DNA of 64,000 nucleotides from Balanoglossus misakiensis (Eukaryota; Animalia; Hemichordata): positions 9,636,088 to 9,700,087 of the forward strand of contig CM082590.2 in assembly GCA_040954595.2 (NCBI GenBank), read 5' to 3'. The notes beneath the pieces are model-generated. The model was not told where the DNA came from. It searched no databases and was given only the letters and a program-made list of their open reading frames with translations. Of this stretch, positions 11,746 through 23,558 are shown piece after piece. A program made the position numbers and the translations under genes. Each line of letters begins with the position of its first letter. Position 1 is the stretch's first letter.

Positions 11746-14700
11746 TCAATCAACTTTCTTCTCTAGCACTGTTTTCTCGCCTTCAACATCATTAATCCGA
11801 TCATTCAACCTCTCTGTCTTTTCATCATCCACAGTTTGGCCACCTGATCCGGGAATATCTTCAACCTCGTCCGTCTCCATGGCAACCTCCCCTGTCTCCA
11901 TTGGAACCGTCTCTTCATCACTAGAATAATTGTCATCTTCTTCCTTTCCAGTTTCCAATGGCAGTTTTCCTGGCAGGTCTTCTGATGATGTTCCTGGTTC
12001 TCGTCTCATATCAGGTTTTACGATTTTCTGTGCCGCAACACCCTGCGGCAACTGACCTGTATATCAACAAACCGAAACACATTGAAGTAATATCCATCTT
12101 GAAAATCAAGGTCTTGAACCTTTTCTCATATTTTGCTTAAAGGGAAAAAGTCTCTCTCTCACTGCCCTTTTTCCGTTAATTATCTTTGATACAAAACACC
12201 ATTAATGTTAATGTACATGTTGATATGTAGTGAATGAACGGTCAACCACACAGTGCAAAATTTTGAATGAGGGAGCAAAATGTCTCACATTTGAAATGCA
12301 AAATGGCCGCAACTCTTTGCGTTGTATGTAAAAAATCAAACATATTAAGATATGCAATAATGGCACTTTTGTAAGTACTCTTTTCCCAAATTGGTTTGTG
12401 TCAAAAATTCTTCGTGCCGATTGACATTCGACATAAGCATGGTGAACAAAATACATTTTCCAGTACCATTCTGGAATAACTCCAGGATCTTACAGAACCC
12501 AGTGTTGTAACAGAAAATGTGGCACTTACCACGAAGTTGCCTCATGGGGCTTGGTGGTGGTGTGGCACTGGGCAATGCTACTGCCAGAGGAGGTGCATTG
12601 GGTTTGGTTTTTCTGGATGGGTTCATCATATTGCAGTAGGCACACTTGAAGGCTGCAGAAAAAAAGCCACAATATTACATTCATTACATCATAACATTGA
12701 CAATGCCAGCGAATATCATTGTGAATTCATCACTCAAGACTATAACTGTATCATAGAATTATCTGGATGTGCTACAAAACTATCATACCGGTATGTATCC
12801 AGTATATTTATTCAATATTTTTAATTTGTATATTTATTCATTTTTTTTATTTATTTGCATATTTATTCATTTGTGATTATTTGCATATTTATTCATTTTT
12901 ATTTATTTGCAAATGTATGCATTTTTATTTATATCAAGGAAGATAAATAAGGACAAGTTACACTTAAGGCTCCATAGCAAATTTAGATAAAAATTACAAT
13001 AGAAAAATTGTGGTGTTGAACTATCCATTGCAATGAGATAAACAAAAGTAGCCAGAAAGTTATAGCAAAACAACATCACACTTACCAAGATATTCAAATT
13101 CTTCAGCAAGAGCCATGCCATTGTGCGAATGACAATATTTGCAGATCAGCGCATATCGACTATTCGGACCGTCACCGACTAAGTACTCCACAAATTTGTC
13201 CATTGTGCCGCGCTCTCTAGGCAGGATAGGGCGAGGGGTGGCAAGTGGCCCTGGGATGTGAGAAAGAAGCGAAGAACAAAGGAATGAAATTAGTTTTATC
13301 ATAAACTGAACTTTCAGACAGAGAGAAGTCATGAAATACAGGTAACATATCATCTTTTTAAACTGTTATTACTGTACAGTTAGTTGTCGACCTTTTTACC
13401 CATAATGCAATTATCATGTGATTTGATCCCATAGCACAATGTAAACATACATGTATACATATGCACATACATACATACATTCAGACAGACATATATTGAC
13501 AAACAACAGACATACATCCAGACTAGACACTACCTATCCAAATAAACTCCCACTGGTACATATTCAGTAAACCAAATGGGACCTAAAAACCTCTGGAAGT
13601 AAGAACAAGCTAGTCTCACGCATTTTAATTAAAATACAGAAATGACAACTTACTTTGCATGGCCATTTGCTGTGCGTTACTTCTTCTGGCAGGGGATCCA
13701 GGTGGACCTGGCATTCCTCGGGCAGATGGTGGCCGCTGACGAACACCTGGGATGAAAATAGTCAATTAACTATCTAAGATTTCTAATGGTGAATTTGTTT
13801 TTTTAATTGTATTGCTTATATACACCATTTTTATAAGTCTAGCGTCCTTCTGCAGCCATCGTGAATTTGAACTCAAAGCTAGGTCAATAGGGAAAAGTTG
13901 ACCAATCACATCAAGGGATTTTCCCCATTGGCCTCACTTTGAGTTCAAATCGATGACACTGAGTGAAGTCGCTAGACTTATGAAAAGGGTGTATTGGCAT
14001 TGTCAGCCACTCTGTTAAAGTCTGTGAGTGACAAAACTTTCTTTGAATTTTTCGTACCTACTGGAGGAGGCCCACCTGGTGGAACGACTGGTCTCGGAGG
14101 AGACACTTGTTTCTTGAAAGTTGGGTCAAATTTTTCTAAGATTTCTTTGGCAGTTTTATAAGTTTCATGTTCCATCACATCATCAAGCTATAAAGAAAAA
14201 GAAGAAAACATAATTATTGTAACATACATACATACATTGTAATAATCATCGACACTACTGAACTAATGAATATGCTGACAAAGAACTTTCCAATGACAGT
14301 TTTTAAATACTCACAATTTTCTTCTTTTTCTCTCTCAGTTCTTCAAGAGCCAGGTCTGAAACAAGAAGAGTATAGATCATCATAACATCATCATCCTTTC
14401 ATAAACACCTCCTTTCACCCCTATTTTTAAGTATAGAGGCTCAGCTTTGTCATAGGAAACAGTGGATTTGGACCAAACCATGTTAGTGAAGAGGTGAAGC
14501 AGTGCTTACCATTCTGTGTTGTCCTCTTCACAAAGTACCAGTGCAGAAGTTTTTTCACACCCCATATTCTGCAAAGAGGAAATAGTGAAGAAAATCAGTA
14601 TTTATGATTGTGCTGTTTGTTAACAATTACAGTCAGCATAATAAACATAACATAAACCATGATATACACTAATATACAAACAAAAACATTGCTCAAGGAC

Positions 14701-15438
14701 ACCTGACTGGTGACAGCTGTGTACCAGGCAGGGTTTGTTGAGTTGACTCCCTCGATGAAAACACTGGTCCAACACAGTACAGGCTAAATATATCACATTG
14801 TAGAAGTTTTTGAGGATACTTACATGAATGGGAAAAGCAGAAGAGGCAACGAACAAACCATCCTTCCCTTCCAGTTGTCCGGAAAATAGTAGAAATAAGT
14901 GACAACAGCACCGAGTATGTAAGCAAGTATTGAGTAAAGAAGAAGCATTCCTATATAGTGTTTTTCCAGTTGTTGGTTCCGTCGTTTAAACTTCAACAAG
15001 GATTGAATATCCTTCTCCAATCCTTCAAGCCTCTCCATCGTGGAGGGCTTTTTCTGAAAAGATAACAGTGAAAGAACTTTAATAACATTGGACATCATAT
15101 TCCCTAGCCATGCTATCGCAGGTGACAATGTTATTACTTAGAAATCGACAGCTGCAGCTACACAGTAATAAGTTTCTCTGTCAAGCTCTAACAGAAAACG
15201 ATCTGTACAATTTACTGTGAGATACATATTGTGTAATATGTGCACTTTGACAGCGTAATAATGACTAATACCTCTCGCGATCGCATTATCACGGGACTGC
15301 ATTGCAGAGACAACACAGATAGCAAAACAACCAATGCGATGCCTCCACATCGAAATGTACAAGTGGTTTGTGATGCAAGCGCTTTTAGTGAAATCCCATG
15401 AAAATACTTACCCTAAACCTAGCAACAATGGATCCCAT
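11746..15438 (-). CDS. LNPK: Endoplasmic reticulum junction formation protein lunapark
   Basis: Exon 1 15438-15412 encodes MGSIVARFR (N-myristoylation Gly). It is followed by KKPSTMERLEGLEKDI and two TM segments (15053-14824), VMEHETYKTAKEILEKFDP (14187-14078), a Pro-rich linker, RPILPRERGTMDKFVEYLVGDGPNSRYALICKYCHSHNGMALAEEFEY zinc finger (about 13250-13086), AFKCAYC (about 12652-12530) and an acidic tail with stop at 11746. About 9 coding exons. Confidence 0.95.
12150..12253 (+). mobile_element. Partial copy of the long-TIR MITE found at 57151-57378
   Basis: gtctctctctcactgccctttttccgttaattatctttgatacaaaacacc... closely matches 57151-57252. Confidence 0.7.
13836..13978. mobile_element. Palindromic ~143-bp MITE (TA-flanked, Tc1/mariner-type) in LNPK intron
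   Basis: Ends AGTCTAGCG...CGCTAGACT, internal inverted pairs tttgaactcaaag/ctttgagttcaaa and caatagggaaaa/ttttccccattg, TA on both flanks. Confidence 0.7.
14405..14498 (-). mobile_element. Degenerate copy of the ~93-bp TTAA/piggyBac-type MITE
   Basis: cctttcacccc...agagg...ttggaccaaaccatg...gtgaagagg is the reverse complement of the family consensus. Confidence 0.6.
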
Positions 15439-15922
15439 AACGCTATTTGTATACGCGCAGTAAATGGATTACTTTGTTAGTGCTACTTTTGCTGCGATCT
15501 CGAGCAAAGTGCCCGAACTTCACATCATGTCATATGTCACGGACCCCGACATCGACACGGCCATTTTGAGTTTCCGCCAGATGACTCTCGTAAGATCTCG
15601 CGTGGTTTACTGAATGTTTACGTTCATTTAAACTAAACCCCCGTCGCCTCATCGGTCATAAAAATAATAAATGACGTTTCTAAATTTTAGAAAGTTATTA
15701 TTACAGAACTTGTAGGTTATAAGACTTCCATTTTTATAATTTATAAAACCTTGTTTGGACAAACTTAACCCTTCAACTTTGACCCCTCAAAATGGCCACC
15801 ATACTAGCACGTGGGTTTTGAAGTAACACGCTGAAATGACGGCAAACTGTTAATATTTGAAGTTTTTGACTTGTTTGTTGCTTTAATTCTGTCGTGCTAA
15901 CAAACCAGGGTTTCGTCGCAAC
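15439..15922. promoter_or_regulatory. Bidirectional promoter shared by LNPK and PWP2
   Basis: Start codons only 484 bp apart, head-to-head. YY1-like CAAAATGGCC motifs face outward at ~15558-15568 (minus) and ~15788-15798 (plus), with a TCTCGCG-like motif at ~15595. Confidence 0.65.
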
Positions 15923-18900
15923 ATGAGTGGAAAGTTTTCATTCAAGGTAAGTCATGATAATACGGAAGTATTTACAGTGAGTTGTGTATGTCCATATGCG
16001 GGTAGCGTGCTCTTGCTCCGTCGATAGAACACGCTTTCGGGAGAATTCTGGACAATTCCCGTACAAGAAAGATTGTATCCGATTGCAGGACGCTGTCAAA
16101 AGTTACCCCAAGACGCGCATTTCACATATCCAACGGCACCCTTGACCATCGGTTTCGTTTCTATGGCAACAGCGTCGAAAAAAGGGGGCGGGGCAAAATT
16201 TGGCTAGACGCAACCGGAAGTTGGCAACGCCGTTTTCGTGTGTTTCACGTTTCCTTTACACGGAAAGCACGTCAAAGTCTCGCTATCTGTAACTTTTCGT
16301 TTGTTTTTCAGTCTTTTTCTTCTGTTTATTAACCGTGGTTTCTTGTTTAGCTTCCTAAAGCATGTACCCTTTTGCCACAATGGTTTGGTCCAACTCCATT
16401 GTTTCCTATAGTAAATGTGGACCTCTACAATAGGCAATGGGGGTTGAAATGGTTAATGGAGAATTAAAACTGATATCTGTTGTGACTTTCAGTTTTCCAA
16501 TCTCCTGGGAGCTGTGTACCGTAAAGGAAATCTGAATTTCTCCAAAGATGGTAACAGTGTCATCAGCCCGGTCGGAAACAGAATCTCCATCTTTGATTTG
16601 AAGAAGTAAGTTCTCAGACACGTGTTTCAGTGTTTTATATAGACTTGGGGTGGGAGAGGTGGCGAGATGGGGTGGGGTGGGGTGGGGAGGGGGGATTCAC
16701 ACCCCTTGTTGACATATTGGCTTCCCCTAGCAATTTGTCAGGGGATTGGAAATAGCGACTAAAACTTCCAAATTTCATTTTTTCCCCCAGCAATAAATCA
16801 GAAACACTGCCTGTGGAATCACGAATGAATGTTGTTTGTGTTGCCTTGGCTCCCGATGGCAAAACAATGATCATTGCGGATGAAGGTAAGATTTCAAAGG
16901 TTGAGTGTTTACCATGTGGAGAAGTTTGTATGTTTGTGTCCCATATGATACAGTCAAAGTAGGTGCAAAGTGTGACTGCGACAGTGTACCTTTAAGATGT
17001 GATAAATGTTTTTTTTCTCATGTTACATGTTCTTCTCTTTATGCAGAGGGACGAGCGATGTTAATCAGTTTGATCAGCCGATCTGTGTTACATCACTATT
17101 TTTTCCATGCACCAGTACATTCCATTAAATACAGTCCAGATGGAAAGTAAGTTAGTCACCTCTAATTTACAGATGACTATATATGGTCAATGGGCGTTTC
17201 TGAATCTTTGAATTTAGTGCAATGGACATGTATAGAAAAATGTGAGGTTGTAAGTTGAAAGTTGGAATTTTGGACTTGATTTTCTCTATGCACAATCGTT
17301 GAAAGGCATGGCTACTTTTAATGTTTATCTCTTATCTGCAGGAAAGTGGCTGTAACAAAAAACAACATGACGTTTGTCTACCATGCACCAGGACAAACCA
17401 AAGAATTTAATCCTTTCAAGCTGTACAGAGCCTACCCTGGGCCATACGATGAAACTACCTCTATAGATTGGACGACAGACTCCAGGTATCTCAAATTTTG
17501 ATTCAGTGCCACAATGTAGGGAGATAGAAACAAATAGATTACTGTAAAACTGTTAAATTAGAGTTTAAACTTTATTGCAAAAAATGTTTACTGTCTTAAT
17601 GAAAGAATCTTCAAGGAAATACTGAATTAAGGTGAAAGTGGTTTATGGATTATTGTGAGATTGATTTTTGTTTTTATTTATGTTTATTTATTTATCTTTG
17701 TTTGTTTGTTTGTTTATTTATTTGCAGAGCCATGGTAATTGGCTCCAAGGACATGACAAGCAGAGTACACGCAGCCACAGAACTAACAAACCTCATCGTT
17801 CACACACTGGGCAGTCACAGAGATGTCATCGTTGGAGCGTTCTTTGAAAATGAATCTCTAGATGTATCCTTGAGAATGTGTTTTCATCACTAGTGTCCCC
17901 CTTTGTCAGAATAATTGGTGGGTGGGTGTGGGGGGGGGGGGGGTTCCTGCGACATATGAGGGACATCTGCTCGCCCCTTGACAAATTGCTAGGGGGGGGG
18001 GAACAAGTCAACAGGGGGTGAATCACCCCATCTAGATGAAACACTGTTGCACACCCTTAACTATGTGTCAATCAGGTGTACACAGTGAGTCGGGACGGTG
18101 CCATTTGTGTCTGGGAGAGCAATCTAGACTTGGAGGATCTCGTTGAGGGTGCACAGAAGCGCAAATCAAGAAGAAAGAACGTCAGGGCTGAGGCAGTGGA
18201 GGAAAGTGCCCAGCAAAGTCAGGGACAAGAAGGTGATGATGAAGATATGTTGAAATACAGAAGAGCTGGCAAGTAAGTCTACATGTCAGAGGATATTGAA
18301 ATGAGTTTTTCCACTCGTACAAGATTGTGTTTATCTATCAAAAGAATGTAATATATCTACCATATAATACTGATCAATGTGAGCATTCATTCATTCATTT
18401 ATTAAATTCTTTTTTGCAGACATTTTTACAACAGGGATGTTGGGGGTGACAGAGTGACATGTGTGGACTACCACAAACGCAGCCATATTATGGTGACTGG
18501 GTTCCAGTCTGGCACTTTCCAGCTACACGAACTGCCCGAGTTCAACTGCATCCATTCTCTGAGGTGAGAAATTAGATTTCAAGGTTCTGACTGCTCTTAA
18601 AAAATCCTGTGTCTTAAAATCTACTGTGAAACTGATTCTGGTGGTTGCAGAAAAAATGCAAAATAATTTAGCTAGATTTATATTATAATTGCCTGTTATT
18701 CACATTTACGTTCTGATAGTATCTCAGACCAGAGCATCGCATCGGTGTCTTTTAATGCCAGTGGTGATTGGATAGCCTTGGGATGTTCGGGCCTTGGTCA
18801 GTTGCTAGTCTGGGAGTGGCAGAGCGAATCATATGTCCTGAAACAACAAGGACATTTCAACAATATGTCGTGTCTCGATTATTCCCCAGATGGAATGTAT

Positions 18901-21900
18901 ATTGCAACAGGTGCGGATGATAGTAAGGTATGTACTCCACAAAATTGGCTTTTTAACCCTTTCACCGCCATGGTTTGATCCAAGTCCATTGTTGTCTTGG
19001 TAAAGTTGGACCTCTGCACATGGAAATGGGGGGTGAAATGGTTAAAGTGAGAGTAGCAGTCACTTTTGATGGAAGTCAAGCCTAGATTCCATTTAGCCTG
19101 GGTTTGGAATTTTGTAGTGAAATATTGCGAACAAGAACAACATATTACTGGCTGTGTTTCTGAACTAAAGTAATGTACTGAGGGTGTTGTAGTCATTCAT
19201 ATGTGTCTCATACTCGCAGGTCAAAGTTTGGAACACTGCCAGTGGTTTTTGCTTCGTGACGTTTACGGATCACTCGGGCGCGATCACAGCCTTGCAGTTT
19301 GGATCCAGTGGTCATGTGATTGTGTCTGCTTCTCTGGATGGAACAGTCCGAGCATTTGATCTCCACAGGTAAGTAAAGTAAAACCTGTCATTACCGACAA
19401 CTTTCTAATCAGGACACATCTCTATTAAGGATAGATTTTTCAAGACAAAAGTCATAAGCAAAATTGGTGATGATTCCTTACTAATCACATTACAATCCTG
19501 TTTTCCAGGTATCGGAATTTCCGCACCTTCACCTCACCACGTCCGGCACAGTTCCAGAGCTTGGCGCTCGACAAGAGTGGTGATGTCATCTGTGCTGGCT
19601 CCATGGACACCTTTGAGATATTCGTGTGGTCTCTGAAAACGGGTAGATTACTGGAGGTAAGAAACAACCGTCAGCGTGTCGCACAGACTTGTTTATGAAT
19701 CAGACAAGCTGCAGTAATGATAGACTAGTTTCCTACACTGCACTGTCTTTCACCTGAAACTCCCAACATAAGTCAAATGCATCTATTTCCACTTCAGGCT
19801 CTAGCTGGTCATGAAGGTCCTGTTGTCTCGCTCAGCTTCAGCCCCTCAGACGCCATCTTGGCCAGTGCATCGTGGGATAAATCTATGAAATTATGGGATG
19901 TATTTGAGCGCAAGGGAACCAGGGAGTCCTTCTCTATGAATAGTGATGGTAAGTGAATTTTTAAATTGTGCGAGGTGCAAATTAGTAGAGTTTTCACAAC
20001 TGACAACTTATCATGTTTCTTTGAGTGGAAAAGTGAAAAGAAGTGACCATAGCATCTGTATTTCTAAAATCTTTTTTCCCTGTTGTGTGTGTATGATATA
20101 GTGTTGTGTGTGGCGTATCGTCCAGATGGCCGTGAACTTGCTGTAGCAACTCTCAACTGCCACATCACATTTTGGGACGTGGGAACTGGCACGCAGAATG
20201 GAAGCATTGAAGGTCGCCATGACCTCGGAAGCGGACGAAGAGAAACTGACTTCATTACAGCCAAAACTGCCCTCAAAGGAAAGTAAGTGAAACATTTTCT
20301 TCTTGAAGATACCTGCAAGATACATTGTTCCTTGAGTGGCTGCTATAGACAGGTTCGATGTACATAACACTTGCCATGATCGTGAATTCTCAAGACAATG
20401 ATTTGATAAAGTCTGTAAATGCAGGTATAAATTACAATATTTACAGTAATATTTTTTTCTTTATATTTTTAGGGCGTTTACAACTATGTGTTATTCAGCT
20501 GATGGAAAACACATCCTGGCTGCAGGAAAGTCTAAACACATCTGTATTTACAACGTCAAGGAACAGATTTTAGTGAAGAAATTTGAAATCTCTCATAATC
20601 TTTCCTTCGATGCTATGGAGGTAAGAAAACAAATAATGTGGTTGTTACTTTATATTAAAGCTCCATTAGCTGTTCCTTTTCGCTATGTTTTCAGTATTTT
20701 GTTTTGTGTATCTACTGCAATTTCTTGTATAAATTCATGAAGTATGACGAAATACCCGGTAACCATCTTACGAGCACAACCTATCTTTACATAGTCAGCA
20801 TTGTTATGGTGCAAATTTGAACAGTTAGTCAATGTAAATGATGTATTTATAAATGGAAACTAAATTTGATATTTCTCTCCTTTTCCAGGAATTTTTAAAT
20901 CCCAGAAAGATGACGAATTTCGGAAGCAAGGCTTTGATTGATGATGTTGATGATGACGAGCAACAGACACTGTCACTTCCTGGGGTCAGAAAAGGTGATA
21001 TGAGTTCAAGGTCATTCAAACCAGAGATCAGTGTGACCTCTGTCAAGTTTTCACCAACAGGTCAGTGTGAATAGTAATGTTTGTCAAATTATGCAAACTG
21101 CTGTTGATCTACACACCCTGTGCATTTAACGTTCAGTCAAGCAACCACTGAGTGCATATTTACCTCACAGCTAACATGCAGATATCCTCAACAGGTCGCC
21201 AATGGGCTGCCACAACAACCGAGGGACTTCTTGTCTACTCTCTGGACCACAGTATGACTTTTGACCCCTATGACCTGACGATGGATGTAACCCCTGACGC
21301 CATCAGGAAGGCTCTTTTCAAGAAGGACCACTCCAATGCTTTGATGCTTAGCTTTAAACTGAATGAGAAGGATCTCATCCAAGAAGTTGTTGAGAGTATC
21401 CCACCTTCTGAAGGTGAGAAAGTAGCATATTTGTTCTAGTTGTTACAAAGTCAACAGTTTCATCAGTGTTATGGGTGCCTTGGAGACATGAATAAAGATG
21501 TGTGGAAATTTTCTTTCCAACATTTTCCCTTGATTCTATTTTTGTCAAGCATCTGATCGGATCTGTGAAACTTTTCTATTTTGCTTCTGGAGTTTATGTG
21601 TGGTTTATCAACTACAGTTTCACTTGCTACTCATTCGCATATTGAAACAGTCAGTAATATTAATTCTTGAAAATTTTCTTCCAGTTGAACTCATCAGCCA
21701 GAATCTCCCCGAGACCTACGTCGACAAGATGCTGAGTTTCATAGCAACGCAGTTGGAAACGTCCAGGCACATAGAATTCTATCTGCAGTGGTGTGTGCAG
21801 CTGCTTACCCAACATGGTGGCCAACTGAAGGCAAGATCTGGGAAAATTATGAGTCTCTTGCGGAATGTCCAGAAGAGTATTTCCACAAGAAAGAATGATC

Positions 21901-22257
21901 TGGCAAGAGTGTAAGTGATGACACACTATTCCAGCCTGTATTCTCAATTTTACACCACCTTTATCTGTGTTCTGGCTTTTTGCTGATTGTCCATGCATTG
22001 AAGACCCATGCTAATTGTGTACATGTTCTTTTTCCAGATGCGACAGTAACAAATATGCTTTACAGTACATCCTGTCCATGTCAAAACTGAAACCAGTGAA
22101 ACGGAAAGCAGAGGTTGAAGAAGCTGACAGCGATGATGATGATGGTGATGATAGTGATGATGGTAGTGGTGCTGAAGATGATGGCAGTGCAGTAGAGGTT
22201 GCTGACAGTGATGATGACGATGTCGATTTACACAAGTTGCTAAGCAGCAGTGACTGA
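15923..22257 (+). CDS. PWP2: Periodic tryptophan protein 2 homolog (U3 snoRNP/SSU processome, Utp1), WD40 repeats plus Utp12 domain
   Basis: Exon 1 MSGKFSFK (15923-15946), then FSNLLGAVYRKGNLNFSKDGNSVISPVGNRISIFDLK, LGQLLVWEWQSESYVLKQQGHFNNM, RAFDLHRYRNFRTFTSP, FSPTGRQWAATTTEGLLVYSLD, SRHIEFYLQWC, CDSNKYALQY and an acidic tail to TGA 22257. About 18 GT-AG exons. Confidence 0.97.
16157..16223. promoter_or_regulatory. Promoter-like motif cluster in PWP2 intron 1: RFX X-box, GC box, ETS site
   Basis: GTTTCTATGGCAAC (16157-16170), GGGGGCGGGGC (~16185-16195), ACCGGAAGT (~16213-16221) in a CpG-rich patch. Confidence 0.5.
16364..16456 (+). mobile_element. ~93-bp TTAA/piggyBac-type MITE copy
   Basis: accctttt...atggtttggtccaa...ggacctcta...gggggttgaaatggttaa matches the family. 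Confidence 0.7.
16692..16745 (+). repeat. Short interspersed repeat, inverted partner of 17974-18029
   Basis: ggggattcacaccccttgttgac...cccctagcaatttgtcagggg is reverse-complementary to ccccttgacaaattgctagggg...gtcaacagggggtgaatcacccc. Confidence 0.75.
17864..18075 (+). other. U12-type (minor spliceosome) GT-AG intron in PWP2
   Basis: 5' site GTATCCTT (17864-17871); branch site CCTTAAC (18055-18061) about 13 nt before AG (18074-18075), with no polypyrimidine tract. Removal joins FENESLD to VYTVSRDG in frame. Confidence 0.85.
17974..18029 (-). repeat. Short interspersed repeat, inverted partner of 16692-16745 (lies within the U12 intron)
   Basis: See partner; flanked by G-runs. Confidence 0.75.
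18953..19045 (+). mobile_element. ~93-bp TTAA/piggyBac-type MITE copy
   Basis: TTAA-CCCTTTCACC...GGTGAAATGG-TTAA. Confidence 0.85.
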
Positions 22258-23558
22258 CATCTGTCAACCTTGAAACACTGAACAATCAAACTCAGGACAC
22301 TTCGGCAGCACGTTGCCCAACGTACAGTCATAAAACTTTTCGTTTACTAACATGAGCTTAAGCTAGAGCAGACCAATAGAACTGTCCATACTCCGACATG
22401 GCAGCAATTGCAAGTTTGGTATTAGTAAAGAAGGATATTCAGTCGCAAGCTGGAGCTGACCAATGAGTCAATCTTAACTCCAATATAGAAGCAGATGCAG
22501 GGTAGAAACAGATAGACAAGGGCTTTCACTTGAAAGCGCAGAGCCAACCAATATGTCAGTCCATAATTCAACATGGACGAAACTCAGCAAGGCAGACAAC
22601 AAAGCTAGTTGCAGGTGTTGTCAAACTGAATTTGCGACGTGTTCGACAAAAACAGACAGGTTCGACGAAAAACGACGTGTTCGTCAAAAACAGACAGGTC
22701 AGATGAAGCACAGACTTGAGAGGCAGCTGCTGAATACAGTAGAAGTCAGGGTACAGTCATGGCAGGTTTGTTATTCTTACATTTTTTATACTGCCCCTTC
22801 TATGTACTGACATGTCACAGAATTATTGCGCCCATCTCCTTATCAATAAACTGAGTCACTTGATGGTGTTCATATCTTCGTTTTATGAAACGACAAGAAA
22901 GGAATTTGTCATCACAGGTGGGTACATTGTATTCCTAAAGGGACAACATTCGAAGAGCACAACATGAACAGATACTGTACGTGCCGAGTTAAAATTCATA
23001 TACATTGTATGATAACATCAACAATTTATCATAAAAACGTGCAAGAGTGCACTTTAGAAAACATAGTTAATCATGTCTGAGAGAAACTGTTCCCAATGTG
23101 GACATTAAAGGCAAATAGGTACATACACGTCCCAATTACTACCCCCACTATTGCCTAAATGTCTAGGTTAGTGACATAAAAGCGAACTAGTAGTCTGTCT
23201 GCTCTGCTAGAATTCATATATTTAATCAACATATGAAGATAAAATGTTTACAAGGTAATACTTGAATATAAAAGTTAAAGATCAAACTTAGTATTATTGT
23301 GAATCTCTGACAGTGATAATGACGCTAAAGTCCCATTGCACTTTTAAAAACAAAGTAAATGTAAATATATCTAATGATAATACTGTGCTTCGTACTGAAT
23401 CATAATTATTAAATCATCAGTAGAATAATTGTAATGTTATTCTAAGTTGCATATTGGAAGGGAGGGGAAATTCTCATTGTATTCGTAATATTGTGAGAAT
23501 GTTCGAACTTATGGTGCAAGCCAGGTTCCTTTGGACATTCTTTTGCAGGGATTCACAA

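Noticed and set aside
21950-22331. His-rich and Ser-rich minus-strand ORFs
   Set aside because: Antisense of the GAT-rich acidic tail of PWP2.
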